This document shows, one piece after another, positions 53,290 to 64,000 of a stretch of DNA of 64,000 bases. The position numbers were made by a program, and so were the translations under genes. Position 1 is the stretch's first letter; the number at the start of each line of letters is the position of its first letter. The notes beneath the pieces were generated by a model. That model was given only the letters and a program-made list of their open reading frames with translations. It ran no database searches and was not told where the DNA came from. This DNA comes from Octopus vulgaris (taxonomy: Eukaryota), in assembly GCA_951406725.2 (NCBI GenBank), contig OX597821.1, positions 27,838,001-27,902,000 on the forward strand, read 5' to 3'.

Positions 53290-53596
53290 GACCGTGATCA
53301 CCGTGACCGACCAGGCTATCAGATGTTGCTACACATCGCTGGTCACAATGCGCTTTGCATTGTTTTAGCCCTCAAGTGACGCCACCCCGCTGGCTAAGCG
53401 ATCAGGCCAACAGAAGAAAGAGTAAGAGAAATTTGTGGCGAAAGAGTACAGCAGGGATCGCCAAAACTCCCTGCCGGGGCCTCGTGGAGCTTTAGGAGTT
53501 TTTGCTCAATAAACACTCACAACGCTCGGCTGGGAATCGAAACCACGATCCTACAACCACGAGTCCGCTGCCCTAACCATTAGCCATTGCGCCTCC
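53290..53596 (-). mobile_element. SINE family A, full length
   Basis: reverse-complement homologue of 4931-5227. Confidence 0.85.
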
Positions 53597-53929
53597 TACA
53601 TGGATATATGCTTCACTAAAATACATAAATTGCGAAGTATTCCAGCAAATATTAATAGATGATATTTATTCATATTATTTATTAATAGTAGTTGATATAG
53701 TAGAAATATCATCTAATGGTAGATATTAGTATTACAATTGCCTAGTAATAAAACTCTATTAAAGCTATTAAATAGAACTGAATATATAATGTCGAGAAAA
53801 ATAGAAAACTTCCTTGTTGTATCCTAAAAAAGGATGACTCTTCTAATCTCAGTTGTATACGGTAATGAAAACGTATACACCACGACCATATTGCCATCGT
53901 TACATAACTAACACCCGTAAATATCTAAT

Positions 53930-55175
53930 AAATGTGTCTCTGAAACCTTATTGGCTTTCTTGGAGATGATTTTCGGCGACGGTTAGAACAAGTCTGTTGA
54001 GAATTAATCTTGCTAGAACCTTTCCTGCAGTGGAAAACAGGCTGCTGCCCCAGTGTAATAGTGACAGCATCGCGGAGAACTTGTGACAGCTTACCATGTT
54101 CTCGGCATGCAACGAGTATCACGTGGAGTATATTATGTAGGACAGAACCACTATGCTTCGATATCTCTTGTGGTATACCATCAACTCCAGCTGCCTTTCT
54201 AAACTTCAGCATGCCAATGGCAACTGTGGTCTCTTCCGGGGTTGGAGGCTCATCTAGTTCTATTCTGACTGTCTGCTGCCGGAGGTAGAGGATTTTATTT
54301 TCCTGGACAACATGGTTTGCACTTAACAGTGCCTGAAATTCTACAGAAAGCGGATGGGGATGGATGTTGTTTCTGTGAGAATCTCCTCACTGCGGATGGG
54401 ACTGCGGACTTGAAGTGTTGGGCCGTAAACAGCCTTGTGATATTCTCCAGTGTCTACCCATTGATGGATTCTTGGTGGGGTGTTAGTCCACCACTCATTC
54501 TGAACATCACAAAATTTGCGCTGCAGAAATATTCAGGCTTGGCGAAAGGCCGCTTTCTTCTCTGGGCAGGATATTTGTTCCAGGTGTGCTTGGTGGGCAG
54601 AACTCTTCTTCTTTAGTAATTCCTGGATCAGTACCTCGTGTTCGTCAAGCCAATCCTTGTTCTTTTTCTTCGTAAACACAAGTATTTCTGCAGAGATATG
54701 TGCGATGGTGGTTTTCAGTTGTCCCCATAGGATTTCTGGAGAGTGGTCGGAGGGGCAATTGGGGTGATCAAGTTTTGCTTGTAGAACAACCTGAAAGCCT
54801 ACTTTCACTTCGTCTAGTTGCAGACTACTAGTTTTTATTTTCCTGCTGACCGGTCTTCTCTTTTTTGGTTTGGGCTTGAAGTGAGGTTTGAGTTTGCAAC
54901 AGACGAGGCGAGTACCAGTATGGCATTCTGTGCTAGGCATCACTCTGTTGTGCATGACGTCAGATTGGTCTAGTTGACGCACTAGAGGTGCCAGTGTTTT
55001 GATCCGGGATACATCCGGGTTGTTTCAGGTTGCATCCAAGTTGCTGGAATATGGTTCTGGTGATGGCGAGCTGATTTTAAGCGCCCGATATCGTTGCAGT
55101 TCCCAACCCCGTGTTATTCGAAAACTTCTTTCCAGGTCTCCGGATTTCAGCCCAATCTGTTATTGAAAACTCCTA
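53930..55175 (-). mobile_element. RTE-clade LINE fragment (APE C-terminus, tether, RT start)
   Basis: HGVGNCND, TRMYPGSKHWH, MPSTECHTGTRLVC, KKNKDWLDE, KAAGVDGIPQEI..LRDAVTITL; frameshifts. Confidence 0.85.
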
Positions 55176-55413
55176 GATTTATGACCTTATCACCGACGGT
55201 GATTCCCTGGAGGCGTCTGCACAGGTTTGAGTAGAAACAGTTGCTTGTTCCAAGATTGGTGCTGACGTTCCAACAGCACGGGAGTATGTCAGAGAAAAGT
55301 TCGCGGCCTCTAAGCGACGAAAATATGTTGGCAAATTCAATCTAAATGTTGAAGTGAATTTAACGGGTTTTTTTTTAAGCTGAGAAAAAAGTACCCAAAT
55401 ACCAGATGTTGAA

Positions 55414-56268
55414 TAAAAGCTGCAGAAATATAACAAAAGCTGTTACTCAGAGTTTATACAAAACGATTTTTCAAAAAATTGCTGAGTGTATAAAAATAAA
55501 AAATCGGATAAAAGACATGCAAAGTGGAACACCATATATCGAATTATCTATAAATATAACGATTAAATGGGTTTGTAAAATACAATATAATGAAATAAAA
55601 ATAAAAATGAAATCTTAAACATGAAAATAATGTATACAATTAACAGTCGGAGGTTTTCTTGAGAAATGTTTTTTTTTCCTGTAGTTTCAGCTCATAGCTG
55701 TGGTCATGCTGATGCACCACGGTTGTCGAAATATTCACAATATCCTTGCGGTGCAAAATAAACAATGCATTACAAAATACAAATCCCACAGTGGGATCGA
55801 AAACTAGTCCAGGATTCATATATATACCAGTATATCTATGTAACTATGCGCATGCATCAGTATATTTTGTTGAATATATGTATATTATAGATGGTCTAGT
55901 ATGGGTATATACTGTTGTAGAATATTTATGTAATGCAGCGTGAAAAATTTTAATTTTAATTTTAATGTATTAATTTACTTATATTTCGAATATAATTATT
56001 TACAATATGTATTTTGAATCCACTTTGCGATTTAAGGTTTCCTTCGATTTTACAATATGATGAATTTATATTGAATTCCTTTCTCTTGTTCATTTCATGC
56101 TTAAGACCGTTAATTGAAAGGACCAATGAAACAAATCCATTTTCAAAGGTGTATTCTTTAACTAGTTTTCATTATATCGTTATTTCTGTTCCATTTTAAC
56201 AAAATTGTCCGACGAACAGGAACGTGAAACTCTGAGTAACAGCTTTTGTTATATTTCTGCTGCTTTTA
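55414..56268. mobile_element. PLE-like remnant with long-spaced inverted ends (55414-55455 / 56227-56268)
   Basis: taaaagctgcagaaatataacaaaagctgttactcagagttt vs aaactctgagtaacagcttttgttatatttctgctgctttta; right end lies next to (TA)n. Confidence 0.7.
56204..56243 (+). ncRNA. Variant minimal hammerhead (core CCGACGA)
   Basis: ttgt-CCGACGA-acaggaacgt-GAAAC-TCTGA-GTA-acag. Confidence 0.55.
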
Positions 56269-56277
56269 AATAACGGA

Positions 56278-56368
<91 letters not shown>

Positions 56369-56464
56369 GTGTGTGTATACACTCACACATATATATATAT
56401 ATACATATATATACATATATATATAAAAATAAGAAAATGGAGGAACAGATTCATTTCCACTTTG

Positions 56465-56562
<98 letters not shown>

Positions 56563-58154
56563 TGGTACATTATATTCAACTTAGTGTGTCAGTATACTAA
56601 GCCCTTTTGCAAAATAAAATATACCTTAAGTGTCATAGATAAAGCAGAATCCATTCAACCGCGACCAACTCTTTCTTTAATACAATATTCTAGTTATATG
56701 TAATTATAAAGTCGATATTTATTGTCTCTCGGTTACTTTCTCTTATATGCTACATAACATACAATATCTGCACAAGACAATATATATCCGGTTATTCCGG
56801 AAATTTCTATATAACACGTTCAAATCAATTCACGTTCATAATTTCACACATCATATAATTAATATAATCAAGTACTTTTCTGAAATAGTTCGCATGAATG
56901 TGCCTCTCTTTTTCCAGCAGAATACTTAATATCAAATAAATGAGAAACCATTAAAATATGTCTTAGATGTTTCAATCTTAAATTATATATTAGGTAAAGA
57001 AGAAAATGTAGATATTATCCAATCGATGTTTTCATAATTGCCATACTTTTGATGATATATTCAGCTTTAAATTATATCATTCACTTTAGTAAAGAATTAT
57101 ATATTGCTAAAATATGTCTCCTCTTTTAGTTTTCTTTTTAGCGTTTATTACTGGATTGTAATGGGTATTAAAATCCAAACGTTTTTGTGCCAATACTTTC
57201 TGTTTAAAAATTCAATATTACGAATAATATCTTTTTAATACATGCGTGGTTTCATTGATTTCTTACTTAGAAAAATGCCACAAGTATTTAGATGAGAAAA
57301 TTAGATAATGTAAGACGCGTTCAGTTCTCTTGTGTATGATATGTCGTACGTGAATAGAATTGCCTGAAGCAGGAATCAAAAAGCAGCCAGTAGAGTTATA
57401 ACTCTCACTAAGAGAAATTCTATATATCATTTTGGCTCAAAGACGTAAGTATAGAAGTAATTAGTTACTATGATTAATTTTATTTATGATTCATTTCTTG
57501 TTTTTTAGAAAGTAAATAAACATAAATAGCTATGGTTGTTTTATTTCGGCGTAAATAATGACTACAATTGTCTACCAACTGAAAGTTAAAATTTTCTAAT
57601 CATAGAGAAATTGCTGAATAAATTAATTTTTAATCAGGCGCAAAACATCTTACTCTTCTGAAGGTAAGCTCTGGAGACACATCAATTTACACTAACAATA
57701 TTATATTACTCGCAGGAAATAATGTGTAAATGAACAATTTAATAAAATTACCAGACAGCTACAAATTGCTAAAATAAAATTGCAGCCAAAAAAAATGTAT
57801 GTGATACTTTTCTTTGTCCTTTACCTTAAGTGTACCCTGATAAAACGACCAATGATCAAATGCATTGCGGTCGTAACCATACTTTTCTTGGAAGTAGTTA
57901 TGGCTACCTAAAAAAAAGTGTCCTTTCCTTTTTATCGTATGGAGTAATTTGCTGGATATTTCACAGTTAATTTTAAAAGTTGTAGCGATGACGTAACAAG
58001 TACATTGTTTCAGTTGAGCTGGTGTTAGGCGTGTTGGTGTATAAGTGAAAATTATTATGCTGTACTGAAACTGTTAGAATCTATGCACTAGTCCTTTTAT
58101 TATTTCATTTCAGTTTTCTCAGACGTTCATATTTCTATTCATCTATTTCGATAT

Positions 58155-58538
58155 ACTCTTTTAATTGTTTCAGTCATTTGACTGTGGCCATGCTAGAGCA
58201 CCGCCTTTAGTCGAGTAAATCGACCCCAGGACTTATTCTTTGTAAGGCTAGTACTTATTCTATCGGTCTATTTTGCCGAACCGCTAAGTTACGGGGACGT
58301 AAATACACCAACATCGGTTGTCAAGTGATGTTGGGAGGACAAACACAGACACCCAAACACATACACATACATACATATATATACATATATACGACAGGCT
58401 TCTTTCAGTTTCCGTCTACCAAATCCACTCACAAGGCTTTGGTCGACCCGAGGCTATAGTAGAATACACTTGACCAAGGTGCCACGTAGTGGAACTGAAC
58501 CCGGAACCATGTGCTCGGTAAGCAAGCTACTTACCACA
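58155..58538 (-). mobile_element. SINE family C, near full length
   Basis: colinear with 35165-35586. Confidence 0.85.
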
Positions 58539-59459
58539 AAAATATATAATACTATCTGCCAATTCAAGAAAAAACGCAATAAGTTATTAAAATGTAAGTT
58601 TACAATGAATATTCTGTGGCAAGACTTTACATTTGAAGGACTATTAAGCAAGCACTAGGTGGTTTTCATACCAGAGATTCGATCCCTTCTTACGTCTAAC
58701 TAAAACTTTCTTGCTACTAGAATTGCAACACCCCTTCTGAAATAACACAGCTTAAAGTATAACAATTATGTACTAACTGTTGACGTGTGCAAAAGTCATA
58801 AATTTTAACTGCAAACACCATAAGAATATATTTGGTCGAGTATTTTTTTCTAACTCTGGTAAAAGAAAATTTTATTTCTTCACGGTATTATATTAATTTT
58901 AAAATACGTAGAGGTACGAACATCAGCACTCTATTTCCATCATTTCCTGCAGTAATTTGATTGAATAAATCCATTATTTAATTCGAATGGTGGGTTGAAG
59001 AAAAGTTACTACAATAATTCAGATATTGGAGTTACTTTTGAATTCATAATAAGAATCAGGACGATCTGAGAGAAACTGCGATGGCAGACAAAGTATTTTC
59101 AATAGGAGAGTAACAGAGTGTATTACAGTGAATGCACTAAACATAACACCGATATTTTGTGTCCAACAAAACAATTCCGGTGTTAAATGCAACGCGTAAT
59201 CGTCGGGAAAAACAATAATTAACTTATTTCTCAATATTCTAGAGAGTCGGCGTTGCGTTTGCAGAAGCAAATAACATTACGCTATTAAATAGATTACGAT
59301 ATCTACGCCACATCATCCGGAAATCTGAGTTGGCGTCCCAACTGGTGCGCCTTTTCTTTTGTAATCATTTCGCCTTTTAATTCACAATATTACATATTCA
59401 TTGGCAATAACAGTCAGCTTAAGAATAGTCAATAACTACAAAATTTATTTCATATATTG

Positions 59460-59665
59460 GTTTCAAATTTTGACACAAGGTCAGGAATTTCCGTGGGGGG
59501 GTTAAGTCGATTACACCGACCCCAGTGCTTGGCAGGTACTTAATTTATCGAATCGGAAAGGATATAAGGTAAAGTTGACCTCTGTGGAATTTGAACCCAG
59601 AGCGTAAATACGGACGAAATACCGCTAAGTATTTTGCCCCGCGTGCTAAGCTTTTGTCAGCTCAC
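59460..59665 (-). mobile_element. SINE family B, diverged
   Basis: ttaagtcgattacaccgaccccagtg..ggtacttaatttatcga..ggaatttgaacccag. Confidence 0.75.
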
Positions 59666-61366
59666 AGCCTAAACTTATTTCATATTTATAGTGTTTATCA
59701 GTTGTTATATAGAATGTATAACGCTGCTTTACAAACTGAGATATGCACATGTATGAACTTATGGATTCAAGTAGTTTCCTGTGTGTATTGCACAGAAATG
59801 TTACATTGTTGTTTTGTGCTTAGTTGTTTGAATGAAAATAATATCATATAACAAGTATAACTTCATTTCACATGCAGTCCACAGCCAATTTCGCTACTTA
59901 GTAGCAGTACATTTGTACACAAAATCATATATAAAATTTAATTAAAGAAAAAATATCTTCTACTGATATGGGTAAACACCGATATTTGAAAACATATATA
60001 GGTTTTTATCTATTAGCGTGAAACTTCCCATTTCGATTTTTGAGTCATTGACTTTTATTTAATGTAATTATCTGTTGTATAAGAATACACTTGCTTAAAG
60101 GATATACGAATAATTCCGCAAATATATTAAATTTGCAAACATATTATTCGCAGGTTTCACAATATATACGATTAATATGTTTAAAAAGTTATAGAAGGCA
60201 AAATATTTCATTTCGTCCACGATATTTATCAGTCTGGACAGGAAGTATTTAAGTATTTATTGTATTTTGTAGAGGGAATTAGTCTGCTTCTAATATGGCA
60301 GCATGACAATATTGAAAATCTTTTGTATTACCGTGCATTGACACTTGAAATTGAAAGACAGAATAAATTGCTACAATAAGTCAAATGCCGTTGCCTCTTT
60401 TCTTGTGCAATAATATATATATATATACATTTATAGAATACAACAAATGTCACGCCTTCCTCATTAGAAAAGAGTTAAATATTGTTACTTGTAATTTTAA
60501 GTCAGAAAATAAATTTTCAAACTGTTACTCATTTGTGCAGTTTGTAGCTTACAACTGAAACATGATAATAACTTTAAATGGCGTGCATAATTATTTCGTT
60601 GCAGTATTAACATTTAGAGAAGCAGCAGCAAATATACAGTGGAAATCATAGACTTTCATGTATATAATCCTCATAATGATAGTTTGGAGAAGCCGGAATG
60701 GAGGAGCTGGAATGATGAATCTGATAAAAACAGTGTGAAGTGAGGCTTAACTTCTGTGGCAATAAATAAGAAAATCAAAATCAAATTTATGCTATTTTAC
60801 AGAAAATAAATTATTAGTGCGTGAAAGTACACGTGTACAAAAACATAAATTGGTTTAGAGGATATTCTTCATAAGCTTAGATGCACTGTTTTCAAAACTA
60901 CTGTATGTGACGATATCTATGATGTTTCCTGTAGTTCAAAATATCCATCTTGTATTTGTTGTTCATTTGACTGCAGCTATGTTGAGGCATCGCTATCATG
61001 AATATCAGTCGACTAGAAATCGAACCAAGTAAATGTGTCTCTTACCTACTGGTGTTACCGATCGCCTTTTATTTATTGGCTGATTGAATTTTGGAATGCA
61101 AGGAGGTGTATTAATTCATGCACTTTAATATATGTATATATAAACGAAGAAAGACATATAACTCCCGCCTACACTCGCATATATACGTGGGTTTCTACTG
61201 CAAATTCAGTTTCCACTTTGTTTGGGGTATAGTATCCTAAAATTGAATGACTCTAACGATTGTACAAAACGTTGTATGAAATAGATGTTTATCTCTAACT
61301 GTATGGAGTACTTTCTTGTTGATTCTACTTATATCAGATCTCTCTCTCTCTCTCTCTCTCTCTTTC

Positions 61367-61410
<44 letters not shown>

Positions 61411-61759
61411 AGACACCCACACTGACACACGAAAATACATCACACACACACATATATATGTATATAACTGGGTGTATAATTATATATAGATACTTGAATA
61501 TATATATGCTTGTATATGCATATATATTAATTTAGTGATGCTATACAAATGGGTTTCCTCCGCTTTTCATTATAAACAATTTGAACGTCCTTGGGTTAAA
61601 TCGCAGCAATTTTATAACGTTGAAAAGCAAGCGTTTTCATTGAAATCGGACATCGATTCACGACATAAGAATGTAGAGGCGGTAGTTTGGGAGTAAACTC
61701 GCGAACAATTAAATGTATAACGACACACTTGCATTCACAAATCTAGCAATATTAAAGAA

Positions 61760-62170
61760 GCAAGCTGGCAGAATTGACAGCACCCTGGGTAAAATACTTA
61801 GCTGTATTACGTTCGTCTTTCCGTTATGAGTTCAAATGCCGCCAAAGTCGATTTCGCTTTTCCTCTTTTCGGGTCTACAAAATAATTACCAGTTGGACAC
61901 TGGGGATCAACGTACTCGACTTACTCCCATCTCTGAAATTGGTGGACTTGTGTCAAAATTTGAAAAAGGTGTCGAGCTGGCAGAAGCATTAGCACGCTGG
62001 GCGAAATACGTGGTGCTTCGTCTGTCTTTACGTTCTTAGTTCAAATTCCACTGAGGCCGATTTTGCCTTTCATCCTTTAGAAGTCGAAAAGTTAAGTACC
62101 AGTTGTGCACTGCGGTCGATCTAATTAACTGGCCTCCTCTCCCAAAATTTCTCTAGAGTAGAGAGAATAT
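61760..62170 (+). mobile_element. Two tandem SINE family B copies
   Basis: agctggcagaa head at about 61764 and 61976, each followed by a gttcaaat..gattt.gc.ttt module. Confidence 0.8.
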
Positions 62171-62315
62171 CAAAGATGTGTCTCTTTATGAATATGCTTG
62201 CATATTTGACTGCACGTCATTTGGGTACACTTGTGTGTGTAACATTCGTTTGTGCGTATATTTGTATGTATGCTTGTATGCGTGGTCAGTAATTGTCATA
62301 TATACATATATATGT

Positions 62316-62617
62316 GGAGGCACATGGCCTAGTGGTTAGAGCCGCCGACTCACGGTCGAGGCATCGCGGGTTCGAATCTCAGACCGGGTGATGTGTGTGT
62401 TTATGAGCGAAAACACCTAAGCTCCACGCGGCTCGGCAGAAGGTAATAGCGAACTTCTGCAGACTCTTTCGCCACAAATTTCTCTCACTCTTTCCTTCTG
62501 CATCTTGCAGCTCACCTGCGACGGACCGGCGTCCCGTCCAGTTGGGGAACCTATACGCTAAGAAACCGGGAAACCGGCGCTTATAAGCCAGGCATGGCTC
62601 GAGAAGGAACAAACAAA
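62316..62617 (+). mobile_element. SINE with family-A head and a different tail
   Basis: head to ctcactctttc matches 4931-5115; tail cctgcgacggaccggcgtcccgtccag..gaaaccgg..aacaaacaa differs. Confidence 0.8.
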
Positions 62618-62648
<31 letters not shown>

Positions 62649-63369
62649 AGTGTGTGTGTGTGTGTGTGTGTTTATATAGATATATATATATATAGAGAGA
62701 GAGAGAGATAGAGAGAAAGAGAGAGAGAGAGGCAGTGTCATATTCATCTTAAATAACGTCTTGCTAATATATAGAAGGCGTTGTTGTATGAAGTTAGTTA
62801 AAATTAGTTACATCACAGCTTGCTTTCCTTCATTTTCGTTTCCTCTTCAATGATTATTTAAATAAATTGGCCATATGTTAAGAATTCCTGTTCCTTATTG
62901 CGGTTTATAACACACCAAGAAATATTCTGCCGTGATTGTAATCGCGATTCGAAATTTAGATCATCGATTCCCTATACTAGATAATTTGTAGATTTAAATT
63001 ATATTTCATGCAACCAACAATAGATATTTCAGGTTGATATCAACACAAGTTAAGATTAACACTTAACATTTGGTTCGTTTGGCGTCAAAACCATTCCGAT
63101 TTATTCTGGTTATATTTCAAATAACTAAAGGAATTAACTGACAAACAACTTTTTTCTCTCTCTCTGTCTATCTGTCTCTCTCTATCTCTCTGTCTCTGTC
63201 TCTCTCTTTCTCGAATTATCTGTGTGTGATTGTGTACGCGTGTGTGTACGAGTGTGTGTGGACGGGTGTGTGTGTGTAAGTATATATGTAAGCATACATA
63301 GAAACTAATATATATATATAAGTATGTATGTATGTATGTTTATCTATATATACATATATATTCTTCTAT

Positions 63370-63478
63370 TTTTTTCATTCATTTCACTGTGGCCCCGCTA
63401 AGTTACGGTGACGTAAACACACCAACATCGGTTGTAAAGCGATGGTTGGGGAGGGGACAAACACAGACAAACAAAAAT

Positions 63479-63480
<2 letters not shown>
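63370..63480 (-). mobile_element. SINE family C fragment
   Basis: ccgctaagttacggtgacgtaaacacaccaacatcggttg matches 58281-58320. Confidence 0.7.
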
Positions 63481-63539
<59 letters not shown>

Positions 63540-63557
63540 TCTGCATATATATATTAT

Positions 63558-63609
<52 letters not shown>

Positions 63610-64000
63610 CACATACACATACAAACACTCCTGTAATATATGTCCTACTGTGTATAGTTATGCAAGTACGGTTTGCATGCATTTTGGAGGGACCGCATGT
63701 GTTTTTATACACGCCATTGTCTTAAATATTTTTATACGCATCATTATGTTAAACAATTTCTGTTTTAGAGCTTCTCTGGAAACATGGTGTTTCGTAAAGC
63801 CTTTTGAAAACGCTATGTTGAACGAGGAACAAAAACATTTTAAGTCATTTCTTCAATCCGATTAAAAATTTCTACATCCTCTTTTCCATTTCAAAGGGAG
63901 TATTGCAGGACACGGATGAATGTTTCTTTTATTTAGCGATATCATATAGGGTTTAGAGTGGAAATGCCAGTGAAAAAGCTAACTGCCATAGACAAAGATG

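Noticed and set aside
59020-59360. GC-richer unique segment as a possible exon
   Set aside because: Stops near the candidate splice sites in the frames checked and no recognisable peptide

Overview
AT-rich, microsatellite-saturated eukaryotic DNA with no intact host gene that I can recognise; it reads as intronic or intergenic. The SINE repertoire and the density of (TA)n, (CA)n and (TATG)n tracts suggest a coleoid cephalopod such as Octopus (inference from recalled repeat families, not a search). Most listed ORFs are microsatellite artefacts. The supportable content is decayed mobile DNA: three tRNA-headed SINE families in many copies, near-full Tc1 and mariner copies, a Sola2-like transposase, two non-autonomous Helitrons, pogo/Tigger-type and mariner MITEs, RTE and R4/Dong-like LINE fragments, Gypsy remnants with one LTR, and Penelope-like (PLE) RT and GIY-YIG fragments. 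The most striking signal is a recurring non-coding architecture of short, mutually unrelated, often (TA)n-anchored fold-back elements. Their loops or arm ends carry complete or partial minimal type-I hammerhead ribozymes. The clearest case is a complete hammerhead at 5956-6000, inside a 187-bp near-perfect inverted repeat flanked by a 12-bp target-site duplication. A possible decayed VWD-domain exon lies at about 8734-8903.
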